A stretch of 64,000 nucleotides of DNA from Marsupella aquatica (taxonomy: Eukaryota; Plantae; Marchantiophyta). The notes below the pieces were generated by a model. That model was not told the DNA's origin and did not search any database. It was given only the letters and a program-made list of their open reading frames with translations. Both the position numbers and the translations under genes were made by a program. This document shows, in pieces, positions 25,587 through 40,092 of this stretch (positions are counted from its first letter, which is position 1; each line of letters opens with the position of its first letter). The stretch is from NCBI GenBank assembly GCA_973895155.1, contig OZ316891.1:4074018-4138017 (forward strand), read 5' to 3'.

Positions 25587-28500
25587 TGGCAGAAAAGAGA
25601 CAGAGCCCCCAAGTCCTTTCACCGTGCACATGGGATTTCGTCCTTTGAAGGAGCATGCAAATAGCTTGCCAAGTAGAAGAGCTCCCTGGCTGAAACTGCT
25701 TTTTGCTGCGTGGAAGCTGCATGTCCTGCAACATTTCTCCTCGAATGTACGTTGGACATGTGACAAGGGAAGCTACTGGCGTGTCCTGATTTCTCTACCA
25801 CTGTAATTTGGACATGTGACAAGAGACCGAAGGTGGAAAGTGCAAAGAGCACATACTACTGGGCAAGTTTTGAGGAGGCCAACGAGGGCAGAAACGGGAA
25901 TTTGGGCAAATTTACCTTTTCGACCCCCAGTCTGACTTCATGTGGGACCACTGGAACTCAGGGGACCATCAAATTTTCTTGAACAGGGGTGTTGGGCTCT
26001 GGGGAGATTCAGGGGGCCATGACTCCCATGATTTGTGTTCAGAACTACAAACCGTTTCCTGATTGGGGTCTGAGAGGGTCAAATTCACTCGTTTCCAGAG
26101 ATCAAACCCGTAGAATGTTTGCGATGGAGAGTCGAGGTTGGAAGCCAGAGAGTCAAAGGAACAGATTCCATAGAAGACAAAGTACAAAATAGCATGTTGA
26201 GAAAACGGGAGTTTTGTAGGGACTGTGAATCTATTTTGCACCGAAACTAGGTAATGAGCTAATCCTGGGCCTAGTCCGTCCAGAAGTGTAGAGTTCGATA
26301 GTATTCAGGCTCAGTTAAACTTGAACCTCAACTCCAACAGAGATAGCATAAGAAATTGACATCTTTTAGGTTCTCGGAGTCATAGTGATTGCAACCCTCA
26401 TACCCTTCGGAATTTTCCACATTGACATCTTGAAGTTTGAAAATAGGTCTCCTACAGCAATTTCAATTACAACAAGCGTCTCAGCTTTGCATGGAGTCAA
26501 AATGAGCTAATGGAATAGAATGAGAATCCAGCTGAATTGATATATATATGACAAGTGAGGATTGAATGTGAACTCCATAATTGAATTGAATGGGATTTGA
26601 ATTCACTGAGAATTGAATTGAAGGATAATCTAGCGGGAACCGAGATACAACGGATGAGAAATAAATTGATAAAAGCAAATAGAGCTGAGAATTGTTTGAG
26701 GTAGAGAACTCAATTGAATCGAATGAATACTACAAATATCTCATGTGCGTGTGAGCGTATCAGCGACTTCAAATGGGCAGAGAACCCTGTTTTGATTCTG
26801 AGACTAAGCAGCCATAGTATATGCCGAGCTCACGTAGTGGACCCCGAAATTACTCAAAGTCGGAACATGGATCTATAGTACCTGAGTAGTATATAGTACC
26901 TGAGTAGTATCAAAGTCAAGTGTCTTTCTGTAAAAGGTGCCGTCCAAATGAAGAGCTCCATGGTCGAGTACAATGGCGAACAAAATATGATATGGTCCTT
27001 GCACAAGAAGAAAATTGAATTGGGAGTCAGAAAGAGAGCTGTAATGACTGTTATAAAGCCAAGAAACTAAGAGCAGTGGAAAGTACCTTTGGAGAGAAAA
27101 AGCACTTAGTTTGACTGGAGGGAGACGAGACACAAATAGCTTCACCGACAGGTAGGAAGCTCCGTTTCAACAAACCATTAGGAACAGGTGTACAGAATGG
27201 ATCAACTCGCTCTTCACAAAGTCCATGTGGGACACCATAACAAGCCAAAAACGTGGAAAGGGGTCAATTGACAGGCGTAAGTTATAGGCAAGTCTTCCAG
27301 AAAGTCACATCAGAAGACAAGTCTCCGCAGAGTTGGCCAACTCTCTTGTGGTGGAATGACCTTTTCAGGATTGACTATTGGGGTTTTGTGTGGCTACATT
27401 GCGGGTATGCTCTAATGTTCATCTTTATTAGTAGTGTGCGGATACATGATGTTTGTCCTAGAAAAAATCATGGCCAGGAAATAAATTACCCTATTGTATT
27501 GTTTTCCGAGTGTCATAGACCTTTTGTCCACAGTTTTGACCAGCGACATGGATGCCGGGAACTTTCTCGTTACCTCACATATCTCAGGATGATTTAGACT
27601 TTTCTAAATCGACTGCTCAAGGTCCGACAACAGTTTTACTTAATCTCCATTTCCTCAAGTCTGTATTATGACTGAAAAATATTTCAATGAGTACAGACTT
27701 CTCTCAACGGTATTGTCGTTTGTATATATAGTTAGTACCACGGTGATCAATGCTAGTAGCAGAGAGTGTGCATCGTATTCAAAGGCTCAATCCTTTAACC
27801 CATCAGGTATCTGCGAGTCTAAAACAATTGTTACGACCTATAAACTTAAACCTCTCTGTAGACTGCTCTGTATAACCAAACTAGCATTTCAATTTTTGCA
27901 TATCTAAAACACCTTAAGGACAAAAATCATTGCACATTGAGCTTGGCAGAACCAAACTAGAACATCCAGTCTCGCATTCAGTATCTCAAGGCTTTGATCA
28001 ACAAGATTCCTTTTGATAGATTCTTTCAACTAAGTGCTATATAGAACAATACATCTCCTTAATCTAGTACCCTTTGGGTTAGATGAGTGGATGTCAACAG
28101 CACAAGGTACTTAATACACGGCTTGTCAGAAAAGCCAGGTTTAGTGTTAAAGAAATGTAAGCATTATAACAAACTATCCTGCCATAGGGAGCGTGGTCTC
28201 CGCATGAGAAAAACTTTGGGCGGAAAAACATGTGACCATATTAGATGTATCTCATGTTTTCTGAACTCCAGACTTCCGGAAAAGATAACTCGATCCCTGC
28301 ATATGGGGATGGGATAATGCATGCGGGGCAGTGTGGCAAGTATCTTGTATGAGCGACATGACATATAAGGTATTGGGGCAGGGTTCATTATTGTGACCCG
28401 AAATTGCCTTCATTAGTGTGACCCGAAATTGCTGCAGCTCATACAATTTTTCTCGTGTGAAGCCAATTTTCCATGGCTACGCAATTAGTGTGGCTACTCA

Positions 28501-28603
28501 CGCTGATCGCGGTGGCGAGTGTGTTGTGTCGTAACCCTTCTGGCCCTGTCGGAGCAGCTTCTCTTTCTGGAATACGTTCCTGCTGTTGCTCGGCAGGTCA
28601 GCC

Positions 28604-29420
28604 ATGAGTTCTAAAGGTAGGACTCTGCTCTACGACATTGAGCTCGAGCTTTGGCAGGGCGAGAAACAAGGACTGCACATTCCGCCAGGGAAAGTTGTGT
28701 GAGTTTCACAGTAAGGGCGTCAGCAGCTTCTCCCAGGGATCCCTGATGAGATCACCTCGGGCGAGATAAGCCGAAATTCTTCAATTCTTCCGCGTCTTAT
28801 CAACAGTAAATCGAGCTTGGCGTCACAGCATTCGAGGTCGCAAGGTGTATGATTCGAGAGTTCTATCTCACTTGATGTAGACACCTCTAAATAATTGAAC
28901 CTCTCCAAAGACGCAGGGGTGAGATTGTTCGCTGGTCACTTGAAATGTAAGTCTCGTGTAGAGGCTTGCTCCAACCAAGTATTAGAGTCCCCAGATCGTT
29001 TCGTGCGACTGTAGAATATATCTCTTGGGAGCAATAGAAAAAGTGCTGAAGTGCTTGTTTTGGATGTGGCTGGGCGAAGAAGAGAGTGGGAAGTGTGTGC
29101 GGGCATGACTGAACCAAGATAACTATTTGGCTTTGTTGTCCTGCATGGGAAGGTCTACGTGCTTCGCTCGCGAATGGTCAGGAGATACCACCGTTTACCC
29201 CAAGATGTCTGGTCCTCGATCATCCCGGTGCCTGACAGGTATGATCATCGAATTGAAACTGCGGGAGAGGAGCTTTTGTGCACAGCGGAATTGAGCGCTT
29301 CAATTAATTTCCAGAACTTTCAAATTTTCTGCATGTTTATCATCTTGTCAACTAAGGATGAATGGAGAGTGGTGAATCTTTTAGAGAGGGGAAGCAAAGA
29401 CGTCTAGTTTGTGGCATGAG
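28604..29420 (+). pseudogene. Decayed F-box/kelch-repeat protein gene
   Basis: Across frameshifts and stops: F-box QQLLPGIPDEIT...FFRVLSTVNRAWRHSIRGRKVYDSR; kelch repeats SAEVLVLDVAGRRREWEVCAGMTEPR*LFGFVVLHGKVYVL, PQDVWSSIIPVPDRYDHRIETAGEELL and TKDEWRVV. Confidence 0.75.
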
Positions 29421-30957
29421 GAAATTGCATCCGCTAAATTAGTCTGAGATTCGTTTCTATAATGTGACGGAAAACTGTTGGACACAATTTCACTAATTTT
29501 CGTTTTCTTTCATTGGGCCAGCAGACTGTCCTGTGCTCATCTGGTCAGCCATTCTGATTGAGGATAATGAAGTTGTAGTCTACTTGTGGGTAGACTCAGA
29601 CCGATACAGAAGTGATGTCATGTAAATTATAAGGGGTTTGGTAGCGAGAAGAAAATGATTGCGTTTTCCATACAAACTTAGAACTATACTGGAGTGCTTT
29701 GAGCAGACTCACTGAGCATGATGTCAGTGCTAGAGGGTGTTCCAACTTACAGTCTTTAGTTACTGCCTTTAGACTCTCATAGTACCATTTACCTTGTTTT
29801 GTCTGTCCGTCGACCTTGTTTCTCTGAAGCTATCATTGCAATCTGTCATTTTAATTACACTTTTCATCTCTCTCACAACTCGTCTCAAGATTCATTCTCA
29901 CCCTCCAACCTTTTGTCTAGTACAAGGCATCACACTGTACGTAGTTTCGTGTACATTTCAGTCTGCTGTGAGTTCTTGTTTTTCAGTCTCTTACTACTAA
30001 ACATCCTACCAACACCTACGTACTGTCAACTTATCACTCCAGACAGAAGCAACTTCACTCTTATCTATAATATATCACATCCCATTAGATGTACGATGTT
30101 TTCCAAAGATATCCCATCCGCTTATGAACCTTGGTTAACGAAGTCCTGGCAACACTGTTAGTTTCTCGAGATGAGAACGAGAGAAGTTGTGTGCTTGATT
30201 GACAATATCGGCACTGCTGCAGATGTTGTGGCACCCGATGTGAATGTAGTCAAGCCGACCAGACCGTGACCTGTGATGTAATCCGAGCTCTTAGAACATC
30301 CCTTGAAAATTTGTACAATTTGCCACCAGTAGTAGCACCTCCAAATCCATGCAGCTACAATTCATGCTGTGGACGTTTCTTTGAACTGTGGAAGGATTTG
30401 ACATCCTTTCTACCAACTGTAGATACAACTCTGCTTCATCTATAACCCTTGACAGAGGAGGTTGGTTTTAGGGCCTCTATTAAAAATGCCCCTGACCAAA
30501 GGGGTTTGGTCACAAAAGCTGAACTACTCTTTATAATTTGTGACTGATTAGTTATTGTCACCAATACATGAATGTTTCATTAGTATAGTGATCACTCTCG
30601 TGAGGGGGAGGTCTCAGGTTCAAAACTCGGGTCCTGAAATGCTTTGACCCAAATTTGACTCGCAACAGTACAAAAACATGATAAGTTGGGGTTGCATTTA
30701 AATTTGAGAAAAATTAATAAATACAAGGAAAAGATAATTCATTATAATATGATACCTCAAAATAATATAAGTTTGAAATAGAATTCATACATGTAATTTT
30801 TATTTGATAAGAGAAAAAAATGTATCAAAACCTAAATGTATCTAAAAGACTAACCTAAATTAACCCTAAATCGTCCACCACCTAATCTGAAATAAATCAT
30901 AAAGAATTTAATCTTTTTCTCCTCTCATCGTCAACCTTTCATTGATGTATATACAAA

Positions 30958-31095
30958 CCATCATCTGAAGGATGAACACGCTTGTCGGCAAAATATTTCT
31001 CAAGCAACAAGCATTGTATGCATCGACCACCATCTAAAGGATGAACACGCTCGCAGGCAAAATACTTCTCAAGCAACAAGCATTGTATGCATCGA
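30958..31095. repeat. 69-bp tandem duplication
   Basis: cca(t/c)catct(g/a)aaggatgaacacgct...gcattgtatgcatcga at 30958 and 31027. Confidence 0.85.
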
Positions 31096-34000
31096 GAACA
31101 CTCCATCGATGACAACACAAAGCCAAAGTATATCTCCAACAAAAAGGAGTTGCATCCAAATGTCGGGCCAAATGTACTAGATTAAGTGACTATAGGCAGG
31201 TCTGTAGCAAATGACTAGGTCATTGCTACCACCGGCTAGAGCAAACTCACACTAGTCCAAGAGAATACGATAGAAAGCTACCTATGAACGACCCTACTGA
31301 TCGAGCGCGTCCCTCCACGACCACCTAGGCAAATGGTAGGTTGCAAGCAACGCTTATGGCGCCGCTTGCCCCAGCAAATGCCTATGAGGTCGCTTTGGCC
31401 AAAAAAGGCAAAAGAATAAGCAATGAGAGGAGAAGAGAAGAGAATGCGGAGAATGAACTGAGAGACTCTCCTTTTTATGCTAATCATCTCTAAGTTCCTA
31501 ATTAATGTCATACCTAATTTCATTAGCGACTAATTAATATCATACCTAACCTAATTAAAAGCACACCCACCCATTCTTCTAGAATTACTCAAATAAAAAT
31601 CTATATCTATGTTGAAAAATGAGTGAGAAGTCCACAAAAGGAATAAAAACACATTTTTTGTTTTGATGTTAACCCCCCTCTTGCAAGAAAAAGGAAAGAT
31701 TTATAAAACCTGAAATCTCTCCATTATTTGTCTTTATTGTTCCTCCCCTTAAAAGACCCTTAAACCATCCATCGCTCCCCACTTCTAAGATAGAATAGGG
31801 GTTAGCTTGTTCGCTACACTCAACTAGTGTCTGCCCCCTCTAGCAAGAAAAAAATATAAACAAAGACCATTTTGAAAATCTCTCCCTTAAATACCCTTAA
31901 ACCTCTCAGCAATTAAAGAAAAAATTCTTTAAACCCTTATTATTTCTCCCCTTAAAGTAATCCTCCATCCCGGCCAAAAAATAAAAATGTCTCTTTTTGT
32001 CTTTTTGATTTTCCCATTCTTTAAAATACCCTTGATTCTCTATCTGTTTTAATTCTCAAAGAAAATAAAATAATGAGATCAACCATAGGGCATGCTCCTG
32101 ACTCATCGTTTTTTCTAAAAAAAAGAAGCCCCTTTAAAAATCTTTTCGAGGTGACCAATTTCACCCAAAAACAGTAAGGAAGCCCTTTTAAGAGTCGTAC
32201 CTTTTCAAGGTGACTTTGGTCCCAAAGGGAGATATATAAAAGCATTAAGAAATTTTGATAACTAAAAGACAAAGACATTAAATGGTGAGAGAATCAAGTA
32301 CACATGTACATTGAGGGGGGAACATTTAATGTACTTTCATTTGTGTTGAATACAATATACTCTGTGTACTCCAATTTGTCTTGATCTTGAGTACTCCATA
32401 CAAACTAAAGGGTGTTAGAATGAGTATATTGTGACTAAAGTATATTTGTGTGCCTCTATACGTATGTGGAGAAAGCATATGTGGAGAAAACGTATGCGAA
32501 GAAAAGTATGCGAAGAAAAAAAAATTTGGAGCCATTTTGGGCTCCCACCACAGCCAAAAATAACATCTTTGCATTAAAAGCTCAAACTTTAATGCATGGC
32601 TCAAGTTGCAGCCAGCGCGGCCTGCTGCAACTTGAATCAAACATAGCTTAAATAATATAACTTGTCACATGCTTGCATCACAAAAGCGCTTGCAAAAGTG
32701 TGCACATTGTGACCAGGTTTGATGCATCTTGGTGTTGGGTTCAATAAGTGTCAAAAGTGTAGTATGCTGTGGTTTTAAGGAATCTCTAGACCGATAGAGT
32801 CTACCAGGTAATTCTTTCATTACCATGATCATGGGTAGAGTTTGCACCAAAACTTGAGAGCCAAGACCATAGATGACAGTGATGGTTTGAGGGCCTGTGT
32901 TGTTGTAGCCCAAGGACTTGAGGGTGGCACATGTAACCTTTGCACATGGATTCCTGAAAAAGCTTGAGAGTGCTTCAATCATTTGTGCATGCATATGACT
33001 GAGAATGCCAACCACGCTGCAACTGTCTCCAACCCGTTTGAGCACCCATAATATGTTGTTCTTACCACCCTTTATTGGTCCTTTGGGAGCACCAGAACAT
33101 GAAACCATCCCATTGGAGATTCCAGTCTCCAAGTGTTTGGACCCTACGGGGAGGATCTAAAGACTGAATTGAGTTTAGTCATTGAAATTGAAAATCTGGC
33201 TGGGAACTTTTCCAAAATGTTACAAAACTAGGCAAGCATTACATAAGGAATCATACAAATGTAAACATTCAAGTGCTGAATTTTGGGCTTTAGTTCACTT
33301 GGAGCATGTAGAGATGTAAATGATAGGGTTAAGATTGCCCAAAATATTTTGGCAATAGACCATGATCACCCATAAGAGAGGATGAGTAAGACCAGGAATC
33401 TCTAAAATCGGAGGAACTGAGGGTGGCACATGGAACCTGAGAACAATAAAGCTTGAGATGGCACTGGAAATACCCTGCAACTGGATTGAGATTGAGATTC
33501 AACCTTGCACAACACCAGTGTACAAACCTGTTTTGGAGTATTTTTTTTAGATTCTAATGCAAAGCCAGGAACCCGGCCAGGAAGTTTGCTTCAGATTTCA
33601 TTTTTTCACTTTACATACCAAAGGTTTTCATGCAAATTCTACAAAGGAATTCAGAAAGGAACCCAACCTTGCTTAACCAGGCATAACTTGTGGCTTTTCT
33701 TGGCTAAAAGTGGCACAAAAAGTCAGCACCAAGGGAAATATTTACTTGAAAACCTTGTTGGCACCCAAATAGATGTAAATTATTTTTCAAAAGAAGCACC
33801 AACACAAACAAAAATCATGAGTTTAGGGATAGGTCTAAGGTTTGTAAACACCCAGATGCCAGTATTTACATCTAATGTAAGCATATCAATATGATTACCA
33901 TATTTCTCAAATATGCATAAATGCTTTCAACTAGGTTTCGCAAAAGCTAATCATATAAAAAATCCCTATATGTGCTGTGCGTTGTACAGAAGATGATGAG

Positions 34001-34398
34001 GCAAGACAAAGAACTGCACAGGCAGCAAGGAAATAGTTGACATTGTAAGTTTTGTTACTGCAATGTTGTTGTCCCTATTAATGTTGTCAATGCCCATGGT
34101 TGCACAATTTTGTTGTTTTGGCCAAGGTGTCATTACAGCCATGCAGTCAATGCCCGTGTTTTGCACAATTGGTTTTGGGCCGAGGTTTTTGTGACTGTCA
34201 TATGTATTATTTTGCAACTATGTTGTTGTAGCATATTAAAGTGATGAAGGCAAGTGCAAGACAGAGAGGCTGGGGAGAGGGATGATGAGGGTGGGGGTGG
34301 GTTGGAGGTTACATCCTCAGGATTGGACCATAGCTTGGGAGACAAAGCCATTCCCTAAACTCATAAAACCATCATTCCTCACTGGGCCAGGTGTTACT

Positions 34399-34706
34399 TG
34401 TGGGGAGAAATCAGATCAGGAAAAACACTCCAAACATACACGTGCTCAATAGTTACGTGGTTCGCCTCAAGGTTGGCTACGTCCACGGGAAGACCAAGCT
34501 TTATTAACGGTTATGTGTCTACTCAAGCATCACCATAGCTCTCATCTCTTGCTATATCACTGTGTTCTCTCTTGAGAACTCTCTTGTGTGTTCTCTCACC
34601 ACATAGAAGTTGAAGAGATAAGGACCAATCTCTTCAACTAGGGTTTACTCTAACCCTAGTTAACATACTAACCATAGTTCAACCCAAGACTGAGTTAACC
34701 TCTACA
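34399..34706 (-). repeat. 3' LTR (308 bp)
   Basis: tgtggggagaaatc...aacctctaca; matches 40093-40418. Confidence 0.95.
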
Positions 34707-34708
34707 AA

Positions 34709-34717
34709 CTCCCCCTT
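34709..34717 (-). other. Polypurine tract
   Basis: AAGGGGGAG on the - strand, 2 nt before the 3' LTR. Confidence 0.85.
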
Positions 34718-34899
34718 GACTCACGTCTTGGGAGGGTTCATAACATTGTCTTTTCCTTACGAGTTCCTCCGTGGGAAGTTCAAGACAGTAGGGCCAAAAG
34801 ACCCTCCCCCTAATGCAAGGGTTAACTAGAACTAAGCCGTAGCCGATAAGCCATCGGATGGAGTACTCATATAGAGACATTTCTTGGTTAACTCTATAT

Positions 34900-37800
34900 T
34901 TACAATATTTGTAAATAATTACAATGCCTTGAAAAACTATTGGAGTCTAATACTTTGGTAAAAGCATCCGTTGGATTAAGCTTTCCATCAATCTTGACAA
35001 GCTCAAACTCATCATCCGATAATGCCTGTCGGATGAAATGATAGCGGACATCAATGTGCTTTACCCTGCCATCCATCACCTGATTCTTGGTAGTGTAAAT
35101 TGCACTTTGACTGTCACAATGAAGATAGACACAATCTTGTGATAAGCCCATCTCCGTGACAAACTTTTTCAACCAAATGGTCTCTGATGCTGCTTCTGCT
35201 GCCGCTACATACTCGGTATCCATAGTAGACTTTGCAACACACTTTTGGAGAGTAGACTTCCAACTAATGCATCCACCAGCAAGTGTAAATACATATCCAG
35301 TTGTCGATCTCATCTTATCCAGATCACCTGCGTAGTCTGCATCCACATAACCTTGAAGCACTTTCATATTGTTTGAATTTGCATCAAACAATAAACCCTT
35401 CTTAGTGGAACCTCTGATGTAGCGCAAATCCATTTCACTGCTTCCCAATGAACTTTTCCTGGATTTGCCATGTATCTGCTTACCTTGCTAATGGCATAAG
35501 CTATGTCTGGTCGGGTGCATACCATGAAATACATTAAACTACCCACAGCACTTTCATAAGGAACTTTGGACATCAAACTTTTTTCTGTCGCATTCGATGG
35601 ACAAAATGCTGCAGAAATATTGAAATGCCTTGCCAAAGGAACACTCACAGCCTTAGCATCTCCCATGTTGAATTTTGAGAGTACCTTCTCTGCATATCTT
35701 TTATGTGTTAGCCAAAGTTTGGCTTTGTTAACATCCCTGACAATCTCCATGCCTAGGATCCTCTTGGCTGTGCCCAAATCCTTCATCTTAAACTCAGAAC
35801 TGAGTTGGGCCTTAAGCTTATCAACTTTGCCCCTATCCTGTGCTGCAATGAGCATGTCATCCACATAAAGTACAAGGATGACAAGCTTAAAACCTGTGTT
35901 GTTCACACGCCTGATGTAAACACATGGATCGTACACGCTTCGCACAAATCCAAGCGATTTCAAAAATTCATCAAAACGCTTGTTCCACTGCCTTGGGCTC
36001 TGCTTTAATCCATACAAGGATTTTAGCAACCTGCATACCAAATTTTCCTTGCCCTTTTGCACAAAACCCTCTGGTTGCCTCATGTAAATCACCTCATCCA
36101 ACGATCCATATAAGAATGTCATGACAACATCCATTTGATCTAAAACCAGATCAAATAAAACTACAAGAGCACATAGCAAACGTATTGTTGAATACTTTGC
36201 TACAGGTGAAAAAACCTCATTGTAGTCTATACCTTTCTGTTGAGTAAAACCCTTGGCTACCAACCAAGCCTTAAATATCTTCTCAGCATCCTCCGTGGGT
36301 CCATCTTTCTTCCTATACACCCACTTGCTGTCAACAGCCTGCTTGTCACTAGATAGACTTGTGAGTTCCCAAGTCTTGTTATCATGAAGTGATTTCATTT
36401 CCATGCGCATCGCCGCCTGCCACTATTGCTTCTCCGTAGAAGCTAGGACCTCTCAAAATGAGGATGGATCTCCATCTTCTGTCACCAATGCATCAATAGA
36501 TTTTTCATCCAAATCCACTTGATCAGAAGGAAGCCAAGTTCCATACCTTTCCCGGGCTTGACGTTTACGAGTTCCTCTTCGCACTGAAGACTCTGGCTGA
36601 TCTGATTGTAGTGTGCTTTGCCTTATAGTAGTGTCAACATATTCTTCATTTGACACATCCTCTCCTCTTAAATCCTCTAGAGGAGGAGATTGCACTTTGT
36701 TAGTAGTAGGGAATTGATCTATCTCCCCCTTCTTCAATGATTTGTCTTCATTGAAGGATACATCCCGACTAACAAGTAACTTGTAATCGACTGGATCTCA
36801 CAATCGATATCCTTTAACGTCACGCTAATAACCAAGAAAAATGCATTTTTGGGCTCGAGGATCTAGCTTAGTCCTATTGTTGCTAGGAACATGTGCATAT
36901 GCTTCACAACCAAAAACTCTAAGCTTTGAATAATCAGCAGGTCGATTGTGCCATAGCTCAAAGGGGGTTTTGTAAGTAATTTCTCGACTAGGAGAGAGAT
37001 TTACTAGATAAGCAGCTATGTTGACAGCTTCCACCCAAAATATTTGTGGCAATTTAGAGTGGCTCAACATGCTCCTTGTTCGCTCCAACAATGTGCGGTT
37101 GAGTCGCTCAGCAACACCATTTTGCTCAGGAGTGTACACAGTTGTGAGATGGTGAGTAATTCCCTTATTTGCACAATATGTGTTGAACTCGCTAGAGGTG
37201 TATTCACCACCATTATCTGATTGTAGATATCTCACATTCTTTGCAGTCTGTGTCTCAACTTGAGCTACCCATTGTTTGAAGATGGAAAGCACTTCAAACT
37301 TATGGGCAATGAAATAAATCCAAACAAACCTTGAGTAATCATCGATAAATGATACATAATATTGTTTGCCTGAATGTGAGGAAACCGGAGCAGGACCCCA
37401 CACATTGGAATGAATATACTCAAGTACAACTTTAGAATGATGAATGGCAGTCAAAAATGGAGTTCTTGTTTTCTTGCCGATAATGCAATGATCACAAAAA
37501 CTCAACTTGCATGCTTGCAATCCTGGTAGGAGATGTTGCTTGTGTAGGATTTCCAAACTTTTTTCACTCATGTGACCAAGCCGAGCATGCCATAAATTGA
37601 TTTTCTCCTCCTGAGATGTGACCAAATTGACTTCGACAAGAAGGGTGGTGCCTTCCAAGACATAGATGTTTCTTTTCCTCTTGCCAATAAGAACTTCATT
37701 TGATCTATGCGTGACTGTTAACACCCCATCAGTTGCACTCCATTGATAACCCTTCGCATCCAAGTAGCCAAGAGAAATCAAATTCTTACACATTTCTGGA

Positions 37801-38933
37801 ATGTGTCTGACATTTGATAGAGTACAGTACTTGCCACCGGGTAGTTGAATCTTTACGGATCCAATCCCTAAAACTTTGCAAGAATGATTATTTCTCATCA
37901 AAACAAATCCGTTGATAGGAGTGTAGGATGAGAAAAGTTTACGCATATAGCACATGTGATACGAGCAAGCAGAATCCAAGATCCATTGAAAATCCTCAAC
38001 TTGGGAAGTGGTACACAATGAAAATCCTTCACTATCCTCTTTTCAAACAACTACTTGGGCGGAAGAACCGGCAACTTCCTTGAATGTGTCTTTGACGCGA
38101 CAATCCTTCTTCATGTGGCCCACTTTGTCACACTTCCAACACTTTATCTCACGAGTAGACTTGGATGGTGATTTGGATTGAGATCTTGATCTGGATCTAA
38201 ACCTTCTCCTACCAAAAGATCGGTCGTGGAACCTTCCTCGCTCCATGGGAAGTGGGTTAAACCTTTTGTTTTCATGAGATGGCTCCCTTGATTTGCCTCT
38301 TTCTACCAACAGTGCTGTTGATGATGAGGTTGAGGTAGGATGAGCTGAAGAAACCAGCTTAGACTGCATGTCATCGGTCAACAGGGCACTCACCACATCA
38401 TTGTAGGATATAGTTGTCTTATCACGGAATAGAAGAACTCGAGACAAAGATTGGTACGAAGGTGGTAGTGAGCTCAAGAGTTGTAAGGCTTTCTTTTCTT
38501 CACTCAAATGCTCCTCCAAATTCTCTAGGTCAACCACAAGATCATTGAACTGATCGATATGATCTTGAATCTTGACTCCATCAGCCATTTTGAATTGCAT
38601 GAGCTTCAGGCTTGCATACATTCAGTTTGACATCTCCTTCTTGTAGTACTTGTTGCGCAATGCTTGAAACAAGTCCGTCACCGTTGGTGTTGCTTTTTCC
38701 TCGAACTGCTTCTTCACATTGTTTTTCAAGTACATGCCAACAATACTTACCGCTTGATCCTGGAGATCATGCCAATCATCATCTTCCATCTCCTTGGGTT
38801 GAGATCTTAGTACCTTGCCTAGGCCCATCGCCCTAAGTGCATCTCTCACGTTACGTTCCCACATTGTATAGTCCATCCGACCATCAAATTTTTCCACCTC
38901 AAACCTTTGACCTCCAATCCTAGTAGTTGCCAT
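34900..38933 (-). pseudogene. Copia gag-pol polyprotein with 5 in-frame stops and one frameshift
   Basis: gag RFEVEKFDG, zinc knuckle CWKCDKVGHMKKDC, protease WILDSACSYH, GAG-pre-integrase WHARLGH, integrase SDNGGEY/EQNGVAER, RT LYVDDML, RNase H GYVDADYAGD. One frame from 38933 to ~35430 with stops at 38622, 38043, 36825, 36798 and 36453; 1-nt frameshift near 35428 (WI-LRY). Confidence 0.95.
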
Positions 38934-40078
38934 CGCTGGAATGCCAAATGTAGTGTGGAGTCGCCTTCCGAAAAGAAATAAACGTCGAATGCTCAGATGT
39001 GGGGTGTGAAAATAAGGCCAAAATTGAAAGTTGGTGAATTTTGAAACTGATCACTCCTATGTGTAGCCCACAAGGTAACACTCCGAATTCTGAAAACGGT
39101 TTGTCAAATGGACTCTTGAGTGCCGAGAATTTTTACTCCGATCGGAGGGGGGTAAAAGATGAAATAATTACCCCTCGAGGGAATCTCTTATGCCAAAGAT
39201 TCCACTAGTATACTTTTTCAGAATTGAACGCACCAATACTTGCCTAGCTTCCCCAAGTACGCCTCTCCAAAAGTTGAAGTTGATCCGATTTTATTTGCCG
39301 CTCAGAATCTTTGACCTTCGGTAAAAATTTAAACATCTGGAAAAGAATCTTTTTGGGAAATTTTGTCCGCCCTTGTATAGCTCCTGTGGGGGAATTCACA
39401 GGGGGCACTTCCCCCTGCCAGAGCCCTAAAAGGCCTCCTCGAAGTTTTCGACCTCCTCGCGCACCCGCGGAAGTCGCAACTACTCGCGGCAGAAAGTACC
39501 CCTCGGCGGATTCACTCAAATTCCCGTCTTAGTTTTTGACGAAATCCAATTCTGATTTCAGATTCAGAAACTAGACTTCGAGGGCATCAAGATTGATATA
39601 ACGAACTCGCAAAACGGTGGAGTAATGAGGGAGAAACAATTCGGTGAAAGTGACTGATATTAAGTTATCCGCCATAGCCAAAATTTTGAGCTCAAAAAAC
39701 GAGAATTGAAATTAAGATTGCTTCTCAACCGTTTGACGGAATTCAACGATGTTGATATCGAAATGTCTAGAAAGACAAGGCGCTCAAGCGTATCTCAGTT
39801 TCAAGTCCCGATAGAACAATCAAAAAGACTGATCTGAGAAATTGACCTTATCTCTTGCCCGATAACGTAAATTGAAAATCGTCACTTACAATTGTTTTCG
39901 TTTCTGACCTCAGGCCTTCATTGCTTCACTGAAATGAGCCTCTGGTTGTGTGCTCCACACTTGTGAGAAGATTGAGTCCGATCTTTTTTCAATAGCTCCG
40001 CTTCGAAGAGGCAATCATCCGCTGTTCGCTTTGCTTGAAGCAAGTTCTATGGAGTTCCTAATCGACTGAAAAACCTGA

Positions 40079-40090
40079 GCTCTGATACCA
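40079..40090 (-). other. Primer-binding site (tRNA-iMet)
   Basis: TGGTATCAGAGC on the - strand, 2 nt after the 5' LTR. Confidence 0.92.
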
Positions 40091-40092
40091 AT

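Noticed and set aside
25092-27242. Possible solo LTR on the - strand (starts TGTTATGG)
   Set aside because: No matching TSD, PBS or partner LTR; borders not supportable.
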